Assembly (NCBI GenBank): GCA_963743635.1
Contig: CAVUQO010000002.1
Span: 160,001-224,000 of the forward strand
Direction: 5' to 3'
DNA: 64,000 nt
From: Candidatus Babeliales bacterium
Lineage (GTDB): Bacteria > Babelota > Babeliae > Babelales > Vermiphilaceae
Below are positions 40,322 to 49,323 of the stretch, piece by piece; the first letter of the stretch is position 1; each line of letters opens with the position of its first letter. A program made the position numbers and the translations under genes. A model generated the notes under the pieces. That model was not told the DNA's origin and did not search any database. It saw only the letters and a program-made list of their open reading frames with translations.

Positions 40322-41292
40322 GATTTTTTCCCATTCTTATAGAAATTGCGCCATAAATATTTACCTGCTTCTATAGCACCTATCGCCAGTACGCATCCAG
40401 CCGCTAGAGCAACGAACTTAGGAATCTGGGCAGGAGCAAGTGCTGCACGTTCTGATGCTTCTTTCGCGCGCTGTGTAAACTCCGCTGCTCGCTGTGCAAA
40501 CTCCGCTGCTCGCTGTGCAAACTGCGCTGGCAGTTTTGGAATAACATATTTAAGGTCGTAAGCATGTCCAGCAGTGACGAGTGCTGTACAACCCAGTCCT
40601 ACTTGACATAACTCCACTGCATCTAATGGACGGGCTGTATTTAAAGAGTTTCTAGCTCTATTCCATTGGGCAATCTGTACTTCTTGCTCTTTTTTGTTAT
40701 ACGCGTTGAGCCATTCTTGGCGTTGTTGTGGAGTAGCTTCCTCTACCATACGCTGCGCATCTTGATAGCTGAGCTTTGGATTCTGTATGAGGATTATTTT
40801 GATCTGGTTATTTGTGTCTTGTTGTTCGTTTGTTCTTGTTCGTTGTTCTAGCCACATTTTTTGGCGTTCTGCATTGATACGTTCTTGTAGTATTGTGTGA
40901 GCATCAAGCCATTCTTGCCGTTGGGCGGGCGCTGCTTGCCGTATTTTTTGGATAAGTTGTTCGTTGTCTAACTCAGGATTTTGAAACAATAGTATTTCTA
41001 GACATTGAATAATTTCTTGTTCGTTTTGTTGTTTTCGCTGCTCATTCTTTCGCTGATTTTTTTCTTCAACAACAATAATTCTTGCATTGTCATCACTTAA
41101 TTCAGGAAACTCTTGGCGTAATCGATAGATCTCTTGCTCTGTATAGGTATTTTCACGATCCTGTTCATTCATGCTATTCCAGGCCGCTCTTGCTTTTGCG
41201 CGAGCAGCAGCTTGATCTGTTTGTGTAGGCATATCGCATCGTGCGCCAAATGGTAGAACGAGTATGAAAGTAAGTAATAATTTTTTCATCAT
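40318..41292 (-). CDS. Secreted helical protein, LPFGARCD leader, C-terminal hydrophobic segments (array member 3)
   Basis: Internal repeats (QNPEL/QNPKL...QRQEWL), 21-bp AQRAAEF tandem repeat near 40470-40530. Confidence 0.75.
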   Translation of the reverse strand: MMKKLLLTFILVLPFGARCDMPTQTDQAAARAKARAAWNSMNEQDRENTYTEQEIYRLRQEFPELSDDNARIIVVEEKNQRKNEQRKQQNEQEIIQCLEILLFQNPELDNEQLIQKIRQAAPAQRQEWLDAHTILQERINAERQKMWLEQRTRTNEQQDTNNQIKIILIQNPKLSYQDAQRMVEEATPQQRQEWLNAYNKKEQEVQIAQWNRARNSLNTARPLDAVELCQVGLGCTALVTAGHAYDLKYVIPKLPAQFAQRAAEFAQRAAEFTQRAKEASERAALAPAQIPKFVALAAGCVLAIGAIEAGKYLWRNFYKNGKKS

Positions 41293-41939
41293 GATGGGGC
41301 TCCATTTTTAGAGAGGTAATTTTTGATTGCTAATTGAGCAGTTGCTAATGATTTTTTTCCTGCTCTAAAAAGATATTGACCTGTCCATAAAGTGGCTGCT
41401 CCTGCTGCACATCCTACTGCTGCAGTGCCCCATCCACAGAGTCCAGTCAACACTGCTGTAGCCACCAGAGAATTTCTTATTTGATTTGCTAAGGGTTGGG
41501 ATTTTATGGCCTCATTGTGAGTCATTATTCGTTTACAGATACTGCATTGAAAAATATGATTATGATTTCCATACATAGAACACCCGGGTGCAAAACATCC
41601 AACCCAATATCCTGGACATATGCATTCAGTGCACGGAACATGCCCATTAGACACACACGTATGCGCTTTTACCGCTGTTGCAGTATTAGTATCATTTTTC
41701 GCAGCATCTTGAGTAGCAGTTTGCGACGTTGCAGTCTCAATTTCTTTCGTTTGCTGCGTTTGAGCAGTGTGGTGCGCGCAGTCACAGCCATGATGATCAT
41801 GTGGTTTAGCAGTGTGCATTGCAGGCTTTTTTGCTGGCTGATGATTTTGTTTCTGTTCTTGCTGTACTTGCATAGCAACAGCATAATGGGAGCCGAGTCC
41901 CACTGTAAGAACAAAAATAAGTAATAATTTTTTCATCAT
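41289..41939 (-). CDS. Secreted Gln/His-rich His-Cys cluster protein with C-terminal hydrophobic segment (array member 2)
   Basis: AMQVQQ...HHGCDCAHH...HTC...CSIC. Confidence 0.78.
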   Translation of the reverse strand: MMKKLLLIFVLTVGLGSHYAVAMQVQQEQKQNHQPAKKPAMHTAKPHDHHGCDCAHHTAQTQQTKEIETATSQTATQDAAKNDTNTATAVKAHTCVSNGHVPCTECICPGYWVGCFAPGCSMYGNHNHIFQCSICKRIMTHNEAIKSQPLANQIRNSLVATAVLTGLCGWGTAAVGCAAGAATLWTGQYLFRAGKKSLATAQLAIKNYLSKNGAPS

Positions 41940-43636
41940 AATGGTGCTCCATTGTTAGTGAAGTAGGCGCGCTTGACGCGTTTCTTTGCGCAGAGAGCGA
42001 GTGCTGCCAATCCACTGATTGCTATTGGTACCGCTATTATAGTTCCGATGGTCGTAAGCGAAACTCCTGTTATAAGAGGCGCTGATGCTGCGGCTATGTT
42101 AACCAGTGCAGTAGGTGCCGATGCGGATGTTGCCGTACTAGCGACCATCCCGGCAGTTGCGGCAGGTCCCACAGGTGCAGTTGCCATTAGGTGGCTCATG
42201 TAGCCTAAGTAGGCTACGATAAAGACTACACCACCCCCCATTGTTTCTAGGGCTTCTTTTCGGTCTTCTGCTGTTAATCGATCACGTGCAATCTTTTTTG
42301 CCTCTTCATGTTTTAAGGTTGGTGTTTCTCTCATGACCTGTACGAATTTGTCTACTATCCTCCAGCCTTCTCGTGCAATCTTTAGTGCTTCCTCATGACT
42401 TAAGGTTGGCACAGACTGCATTAAACCTATGAATGGTCGTACGTCCCAGCCTTCTCGCGCAATATTTTCCGCCTCTTCAAGACTCATATTTGGAACTTGT
42501 TGAACGAGGTTTATGATTGAATAAGGGCATCCTGTGCGTGCAAGCCTTATTGCTTCATTATGTTCTACGTTAATTGATTGAAGGGTATATATGAATTGTG
42601 TAGCTATTCCCATTCGTGCAATCTTTATTGCTTCCTCATGACTTAAGGTTGGCACTTCTTTGATGAGATTTATAACTTCACGCGTTGTCTGCTGTTCATG
42701 GTAGGCCATTTTTTTTGCTTCGCTATAGCTTAAGGATGGAGCTAGAAGAAGTAGTTCTCTGAGTATTTCTGATCTAGTCTGATTATCCTGATCTTCTATT
42801 ATCATTTTTGCTTCGTCGTAAGTTAAGCGTGGAATTTCTTGGCGCAAAGAAGCGATGTTACGCTCTTTTTCTGCTGCAATTTGCTGCTCGACCATTTTTT
42901 TTGCTTCGTCATATGCCAAGTTCGGATCATTTTTAAGAAGTGCGAAAACTTGAGAATATAGATTTATGTGTTTATAAGATCTTCGGTCTTTTATCATGCA
43001 GATCGCTTCGTGATAACGTAAGTGCGGCACGTGCCGCATCAAATCTATAAATGTATGAGCTATCCCTTCGCGTACAATGGCTCTTGCTTCGGTATAACGT
43101 AATGTTGGAATTGCCAGAAGCAGTTTTTTAATCTGATCAGATCCCCCATTAATCTGTTCTTGTATCATCATTTTTGCTTCGTCATAGCTCAATCGTGGAA
43201 TTTCTTTGAGAAGATCATATATTTGAGCTTCCATTGCAGCTTCCTGAGCAGTAAAAGATTTTTTGCATGAGGTGCATTTAAGCGTGCTCGGGCAGAAAGG
43301 GCAGGGTTCATTACATCCATCGCATCCGCACCATTTGCATGAATCATGCACTAAGGTACATCGGTGAGATGTTGTTGTTGAATCAGTAGTGATTTCATTT
43401 TTCGCAGCATCTTGAGTTATTGTTCCAGTTTCTTGTGGTTGCTGCGTTTGAGCAGTGTGGTGCGCGCAGTCGCAGCCATGATGATCATCCGATTCAGCAG
43501 TGTGCACTGCAGGCTTTTTTGCCGGCTGATGATTTTGGCGTTGAACGTGCTGTTGCTGCATTTGCATTGCAACAGCAACATTTGAGCGTAGTGGTAGTAT
43601 CAGGAGCGAGATAAGTATTAGTCTTTTGGTCATCAT
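41936..43636 (-). CDS. Secreted His-Cys cluster protein with ~11 PxL(S/T/R)(Y/H)xEA helical repeats and C-terminal TM segments (array member 1)
   Basis: Leader shared with member 2; repeats such as PRLSYDEAK and PTLSHEEAI. Confidence 0.8.
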   Translation of the reverse strand: MMTKRLILISLLILPLRSNVAVAMQMQQQHVQRQNHQPAKKPAVHTAESDDHHGCDCAHHTAQTQQPQETGTITQDAAKNEITTDSTTTSHRCTLVHDSCKWCGCDGCNEPCPFCPSTLKCTSCKKSFTAQEAAMEAQIYDLLKEIPRLSYDEAKMMIQEQINGGSDQIKKLLLAIPTLRYTEARAIVREGIAHTFIDLMRHVPHLRYHEAICMIKDRRSYKHINLYSQVFALLKNDPNLAYDEAKKMVEQQIAAEKERNIASLRQEIPRLTYDEAKMIIEDQDNQTRSEILRELLLLAPSLSYSEAKKMAYHEQQTTREVINLIKEVPTLSHEEAIKIARMGIATQFIYTLQSINVEHNEAIRLARTGCPYSIINLVQQVPNMSLEEAENIAREGWDVRPFIGLMQSVPTLSHEEALKIAREGWRIVDKFVQVMRETPTLKHEEAKKIARDRLTAEDRKEALETMGGGVVFIVAYLGYMSHLMATAPVGPAATAGMVASTATSASAPTALVNIAAASAPLITGVSLTTIGTIIAVPIAISGLAALALCAKKRVKRAYFTNNGAPL

Positions 43637-43667
43637 AATTATTTCCTTCCTGATACTACTGCCAGGT

Positions 43668-46124
43668 TTATCGATTTAAGTATGTATTAGCGCGAGTTTC
43701 GTTGTCCGCTTTTATCTCTCTGAGCGCTTGATCGAATGCAGCTTGCGTAATGCTATCCGCGCGACTGCGCATAGCGATACTCGCCGCTTTATTGACCAAT
43801 TCTTTGATATCAGCAGCATTACAACCATCGAGTTGTTGTGCTAGACGATCAAAAGATACACCAGTGACTGGACGATTTTTACTATAGAACTCTAAAAGAG
43901 CCTTACGTTTTGCAAGATTTGGTAAACCAATTTCAATGATGGTATCGAATCTTCCTGCACGTAATAATGCAGAGTCGATTGAGTTTGGACTATTGGTTGC
44001 ACCGATTACAATCACGGATTCATCTTTAAGGAAACCATCCATTTGCGTCAGAAGTTCAGTGATAATTCCTTCTTCTGATTGTGTCATATGATTGCCAGAA
44101 CGGGAGCCGATCGCATCAAGTTCATCGATAAAGATGATTGTTTTGCGGCCATTGGCTTTTTCCCGTGCCTCAGCAAAGAGAGTACGCACGTTTTCTGCGC
44201 CCTCACCGACCCATTTAGATGCAAAGTTAGAAGCTTTGGTTTCTATAAATTCGCAGCCGAGTTCTTCAGCGATTGCTTTTGCAAGCATCGTTTTACCCGT
44301 TCCTGGAGGACCTGTGAATAAGATACCCTTTGGATAAGGCACACCAAACTTCTTATAATCAAGGGTACCACTCATCATATCTGCAAGCTGTTGAATGTGA
44401 GGCGGAACGCCACCAACGATTTGGTTAAATCCTTTTGTACTCGCTTTGCCATTGAAGATTACATCAAGAGCATCCATTTGCTGTTGAGCACTTGCTTCAC
44501 CTTTGAGTAATTTCTCATTCAAGCCTTGCCTGATTGCTTCAATCATATGATTGAGTTCTATCTGACGAGCTTTATCTTTCGCAGCCAACGTACCTGCTTT
44601 TTCTAGAAGTTCTTGAAGATCGGCAGGGCTGTAATTATTCGTAGCTTCAGCAATCTTTTGCAGATTGATAGTCTGAGTATTATATGGCTTTTTCTTGCTG
44701 TAATGTTTTAAAAGAAGTTCGCGCGTTGCAAGATCAGGTAAGCCAATTTTAATAACCTTATCAAAGCGGCGCGGTCTGAGTAATGCCGGATCAAGATTTT
44801 TAGGGTTATTCGTTGCTGCTATAACAATGACGGAATCATCTTCTTCAAATCCATCCATCTCTGTCAGCAAGGTGGTAATTGTTGAATCAAGAGTATTGCC
44901 GTTACGTTTACCAATTGCATCGATTTCATCGATGAAAAGAATTGTTTTGCCTGATTGGCTGTTTGCAGCTTTTTCGCGCGCTTCTTTAAAGAGCGTTCTG
45001 ATTCTATCACCGCCTGCTCCTACGAAGGATTGTACAAACTCGGCGCCGGATACAGACATGAATTCACACTGAGCTTCTTCAGCAACGGCGCGTGCAAGCG
45101 TCGTCTTACCGGTTCCTGGAGGACCCGTAAATAAGAAACCTTTGGGTACTTTCAGATTAAATGGATTAGAGCGACCACTGTTTTTTAGCGTTTCCACCAA
45201 CTCTTTAACGTCGTGCGGAATAGTACCAATGACTCGTTTAAAACCTTTATCTTCTTGTTTGTTATTTTTTAAGGTGTTTATCGCAACCTTTAAGCGAACC
45301 AATAAGCTCTTATCAGTGCGGCACTTAGAAGTAAGAATATCAAGGAATGCCTGATTCAATTGGCTTTGCGTGATCGTGGATGTTTTTTCAACTTCTGCAA
45401 GAATGTTAGCCTTGTTTACCAGCGTTTTTAAATCGCCTGGAGTAAAGTTATAGGCTAATTTCGCAACTACGTTCACGTCAACGGTGCGATCAAAAGGACG
45501 GCCTTGATTGAGGCTTTTGATCATTGATACACGGGTTTTTTCATCAGGTAGTGGAAGTTCCACGATCTGACTGAATCTTCCCGGGCGTAATACTGATTTA
45601 TGGAATTTATCGGTTTGACTCGCAGCTATAACAATAACTGAAAGATCCTCTTTATAGCCATCCATTTCATTCATAAGCGTAACGACTTTTTCACGAATTT
45701 CGCTTTTGCCGCTATTATCATCAAAATTGTCTAATGCGAATGCGTCAAATTCATCTAAAAAGAGAATGGTCATGCCATTGGGAGATTGTTTTGCCTTTTT
45801 GCGTGCTTCTTCATACACCGCTTTTACTGCTTTAGCATCTTCGAGATCAGTCACGTTTACATAGGTGAACTGACTGTTATCAAGTTCTTCTGAAAATGCC
45901 TTTGCAAAACGAGTTTTACCCATTCCTGATTGACCAACAATAATGGTCCCTTTGGGAAAATTTAACTTATAGGTTGGTTTGGGATTTTTAAAGTACGCAT
46001 TTAAACTGGTCAGCTCAACGGGGACGCTGAGACCTAGATCAGAAAATCCTTTTGGATGGGTTGTACTGCTGATAAAAAGGATGAGCGTGGCTACTCGAGC
46101 CACATGTTTCACATGGTTTCTCAT
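43668..46124 (-). CDS. Triple AAA+ ATPase (three FtsH/Cdc48-type modules) with N-terminal hydrophobic signal-like segment
   Basis: Walker A GQSGMGKT, GPPGTGKT, GPPGTGKT; Walker B FLDE, FIDE, FIDE; SRH LRPGRF, LRPRRFD, LRAGRFD; no HEXXH protease domain; TGGAG before ATG 46124. Confidence 0.9.
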   Translation of the reverse strand: MRNHVKHVARVATLILFISSTTHPKGFSDLGLSVPVELTSLNAYFKNPKPTYKLNFPKGTIIVGQSGMGKTRFAKAFSEELDNSQFTYVNVTDLEDAKAVKAVYEEARKKAKQSPNGMTILFLDEFDAFALDNFDDNSGKSEIREKVVTLMNEMDGYKEDLSVIVIAASQTDKFHKSVLRPGRFSQIVELPLPDEKTRVSMIKSLNQGRPFDRTVDVNVVAKLAYNFTPGDLKTLVNKANILAEVEKTSTITQSQLNQAFLDILTSKCRTDKSLLVRLKVAINTLKNNKQEDKGFKRVIGTIPHDVKELVETLKNSGRSNPFNLKVPKGFLFTGPPGTGKTTLARAVAEEAQCEFMSVSGAEFVQSFVGAGGDRIRTLFKEAREKAANSQSGKTILFIDEIDAIGKRNGNTLDSTITTLLTEMDGFEEDDSVIVIAATNNPKNLDPALLRPRRFDKVIKIGLPDLATRELLLKHYSKKKPYNTQTINLQKIAEATNNYSPADLQELLEKAGTLAAKDKARQIELNHMIEAIRQGLNEKLLKGEASAQQQMDALDVIFNGKASTKGFNQIVGGVPPHIQQLADMMSGTLDYKKFGVPYPKGILFTGPPGTGKTMLAKAIAEELGCEFIETKASNFASKWVGEGAENVRTLFAEAREKANGRKTIIFIDELDAIGSRSGNHMTQSEEGIITELLTQMDGFLKDESVIVIGATNSPNSIDSALLRAGRFDTIIEIGLPNLAKRKALLEFYSKNRPVTGVSFDRLAQQLDGCNAADIKELVNKAASIAMRSRADSITQAAFDQALREIKADNETRANTYLNR

Positions 46125-46333
46125 GCTAATAACTCCATTATTAAGAATGATTGAAAAACGCATTACTATAATGCTTTTCATTATTTTTAAGTATAAGCAT
46201 ATGAATTGAAACATCAAAAGCCCCTAGAATTCAGATTTTATATCAAATTGAATTCTTCGCAGGGAAGGGCGCATAATGCGGTTGCGGGGGGATTAAAAAA
46301 GATTTTAAAAGTTTTGTGAAAAAATGATTAAAA

Positions 46334-46690
46334 GGGGGGATTTTGCAAGCCCCGGCCACACTTTGGGCCTACATTCACAATAAGGGCCGCATGGGGATTA
46401 ACCTCTTTCAAGGCCCAAGATTCCCCCAACGGGTAAAGATGAGCTGGATACCAGTAAGCCCTGGGTATTAGCCCCCCCTTACAGGGTACGTCTAGGGCCT
46501 TGATACTAGGTATAGGCCTCTCTAATTACTCATAGTGAAGTCAAGATTCCATTTTGGTAATAAATTTGTCCTAGGGGGTATGGGCCGGAATCGCTCAATA
46601 GTGCGACCTAGACGCATTATAGGGGGGGCTTTTGTGGTTCTGACATGAACGTGTTAGACTTAATTTAAGTCGACAAAGAGCCCAAAAGCC
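46334..46690 (+). ncRNA. Candidate structured RNA or long leader (unclassified)
   Basis: Nested helices, e.g. 46470-46479/46621-46630 and 46489-46496/46607-46614; several need G-U pairs on the + strand. Confidence 0.4.
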
Positions 46691-46854
46691 ATTGGCTAGT
46701 AAGGTTTCTACATTCCGGAATATAAAGAGAGTATCTAATGTATATGCGCACTACCCTATTAGGTAACGGGCATTTATATAGATAAATAAAAAAGGGGCCG
46801 TAGTTAATGAGAGCGATGTATGTATATCATTCCATTAATAGGAGGTTTATTATT

Positions 46855-47973
46855 ATGGAAACGAAATTAATATTAAAACGAATGGCGCTTGTTGCGTCAT
46901 TAACGTTGTCTGTTGGCTTGAATGCAATGCAACAACCAACTACTACAACTGAGACAACTACTACAACTACAGCTGCAACTGATGCAACCGCATCAGCAAA
47001 TGCACCTACAACAGCACCTAAATCATCGTGGATATCTACATTCAGTATGCCAAAGCCTGGGATGAAAGAAACAGGCGTTGGTATTGCAGCAGTAGTTTTA
47101 CCAGTTGCGGGTTATTATGCTCCAGCTTCAACAACTGTTCGCGGTTACAATATTCCTGTAAAGGATATCGTAACGGTTCATGCGGTGAATGGTGCTAAAT
47201 ATGCCGGTAACGGTATTATGGACGCTGCTAAATATGCCGGTAACGGTATTGCGGGCGCTGCTAAATATGCCGGTAACGGTATTGCGGGCGCTGCAAAATC
47301 TGGATATAACTATTTTGTTGCTGCTAAGCCAGCAGTTAAAGTAGTTAATGCTAATCCAACACCGAGACTTGCGGCATTCTTTGGTAAGAAACAACCAGAA
47401 GTTAAGCCTGGTATGTTGTCACTAGAATCTGCTAAGAATGGTGCATTGTGGTTAAGCGATAAAACGCTTGGCGCTATGTATCGAAATCCTCGTACATCAG
47501 GAGCAGTTACTGCCGCAGTTGTAGCACTTGGTGTAGCATATAAGTATGATGTTCATTCTTCTGTATATAACAAGTTGTTCAAATCTGCTTCAGCATCTAC
47601 TCCAGCAACAACTCCAGCTCCAGCTGCAGCAAATGGTGCAGCAGTTGCTCCAACAACTGTAGCTCAATTTGATGCGCTTATCAGAGCTTATGAAATCGCT
47701 ACTAATAAAGATTCTACGAATCTTGAAAATGCGAGAGATAATAAAGCGGTGATTAATGAGCAATCATTGGTAGTATCTACTGTTGATATTTCAGTACTAA
47801 ACGGTGACGTAAAGACTGCGGTTACTGCAGGTATCAACGCTATCCAAGCAGAATATGCAAAATTGAGAGCTGATTACCTAGCTGGTAAGAAGTCTAGTCG
47901 ATTAACGCATAAACGGCTTGTAGCGACAACTCATGCAGCGTTAACAACTGCTAGAGCAGCAATAGCTCAGTAA
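46855..47973 (+). CDS. Secreted Ala/Thr-rich protein
   Basis: AGGAGG RBS; signal METKLILKRMALVASLTLSVGLNA; 33-bp internal repeats. Confidence 0.8.
   Translation: METKLILKRMALVASLTLSVGLNAMQQPTTTTETTTTTTAATDATASANAPTTAPKSSWISTFSMPKPGMKETGVGIAAVVLPVAGYYAPASTTVRGYNIPVKDIVTVHAVNGAKYAGNGIMDAAKYAGNGIAGAAKYAGNGIAGAAKSGYNYFVAAKPAVKVVNANPTPRLAAFFGKKQPEVKPGMLSLESAKNGALWLSDKTLGAMYRNPRTSGAVTAAVVALGVAYKYDVHSSVYNKLFKSASASTPATTPAPAAANGAAVAPTTVAQFDALIRAYEIATNKDSTNLENARDNKAVINEQSLVVSTVDISVLNGDVKTAVTAGINAIQAEYAKLRADYLAGKKSSRLTHKRLVATTHAALTTARAAIAQ
47194..47292 (+). repeat. Three tandem 33-bp coding repeats, AKYAGNGI(M/A)(D/G)A
   Basis: gctaaatatgccggtaacggtatt x3. Confidence 0.9.
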
Positions 47974-48012
47974 CGAGTTAATTATCGCACATACTGACTT
48001 TGTAAAAAAAAC

Positions 48013-48044
48013 AAGGGAGCCTGTAGGAAACTATAGGCTCCTTT
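48013..48044 (+). terminator. Intrinsic terminator
   Basis: aagggagcctgtag-gaaa-ctataggctccttt. Confidence 0.8.
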
Positions 48045-48146
48045 GAAAATCGCATAACAGTATGAAGATTGAAATAAAAATAATAAAAAGAAGACGTAGA
48101 TAATGAAAGCAAGTATTTATAATTCCACTAATAGGAGGTTTTTATT

Positions 48147-48827
48147 ATGGAAACGAATTTATTGAAACGTATGGCGCTTGTTGCGTCATTAACATTGTCT
48201 GTTGGCTTACAAGCTGAAGGCGTGATGACTTATTCTTTCTGGTTTCCAAAGAAAGCAGAAGTTCAAGCTCCAGTAGTTCCAGCAGCAGCAACTACAACTA
48301 CTACAACTGAAGAAGCAAGCGCATCAACAACTCCAGTAGCTCCAGTAGTTACAACTACTCCAGCTCAGGACTCATTTTCATGGTCAGCAGCAGCAGCAGT
48401 AGCTGGTGTTACAGCAGCAGCAGCAAAAGGCAGCCAATGGCTTTATAATTATGCAACAGCTCCTAAAGCAGTTGTAGAAGTTGTAAAACCTGCACCTGCT
48501 CCATTGATTATGTATCCAGCAGGGACTCAACCATTTCCAGGTTTTGATATCAGAAATGCGTTTGTTGATAAACTGGCAGCAAAAGCAGCTAGAGAAGCAG
48601 CAGCTATTTGGTACAACCGCCTTGGTAAGTTTGTGTATGACAGCGCGACTAAGCGTAATGCTTATGTAGCAGCAGGTGTCGTAGGTACTGCAGCACTAGC
48701 ATATGGTGCTTATAAGTTGTACAACGCTTATTACCCAGCAGCTTCTACTTCAGCACCAGCAGCAAGCAGTTCATCTTCAGCATCATCTTCTAGTTCAGCT
48801 CCAGCAGCAGCAACTCCAGCTAAGTAA
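48147..48827 (+). CDS. Secreted Ala/Thr/Ser-rich protein with leader paralogous to 46855
   Basis: Same aataggaggttt RBS and KRMALVASLTLSVGL signal. Confidence 0.8.
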   Translation: METNLLKRMALVASLTLSVGLQAEGVMTYSFWFPKKAEVQAPVVPAAATTTTTTEEASASTTPVAPVVTTTPAQDSFSWSAAAAVAGVTAAAAKGSQWLYNYATAPKAVVEVVKPAPAPLIMYPAGTQPFPGFDIRNAFVDKLAAKAAREAAAIWYNRLGKFVYDSATKRNAYVAAGVVGTAALAYGAYKLYNAYYPAASTSAPAASSSSSASSSSSAPAAATPAK

Positions 48828-48868
48828 CTAGTTACTTACTGCATAAACATCTTGTTTTGTAAAAAACC

Positions 48869-48900
48869 AAACGAGCCCGTGGGAAACTACGGGCTCGTTT
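48869..48900 (+). terminator. Intrinsic terminator
   Basis: aaacgagcccgtgg-gaaa-ctacgggctcgttt. Confidence 0.8.
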
Positions 48901-48922
48901 CATAGCACGACGAAAGGCTCAT

Positions 48923-49297
48923 ATGAAAAAACTATTCTTAGCATTTACATTATTGTGCGGATTTTATACTCACCTTAAAGCGTTTAGCTTGAGTGATGTG
49001 ACTTCCTTTGTGCAAGAATGCGTTGATTCATTGAGCGATACGATCGATACAATTTATCAAGCAGCATCGGGGCAGGAATCTACGCGCGTAATGATTGCGC
49101 GCATGCTCGGCATGCGTATACCGACTGTTACCGAATATTTGATCGAACGCGCGAAAACTAATCCATTGGAAGCAATTGGCGCATTAACAGTCATATATTT
49201 AGCATTATGGCTTTTGTATAAAGCATATCGCTTACTGTATCGCATCTTATATTGGTTAATCGTAAAAAGACCCGCACGTAAAAAAATAACACGTTGA
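48923..49297 (+). CDS. Secreted/membrane hypothetical protein
   Basis: Signal peptide plus C-terminal TM segment and basic tail. Confidence 0.65.
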   Translation: MKKLFLAFTLLCGFYTHLKAFSLSDVTSFVQECVDSLSDTIDTIYQAASGQESTRVMIARMLGMRIPTVTEYLIERAKTNPLEAIGALTVIYLALWLLYKAYRLLYRILYWLIVKRPARKKITR

Positions 49298-49323
49298 ATG
49301 CCCATCGGAAACGGTGGGTGTTT

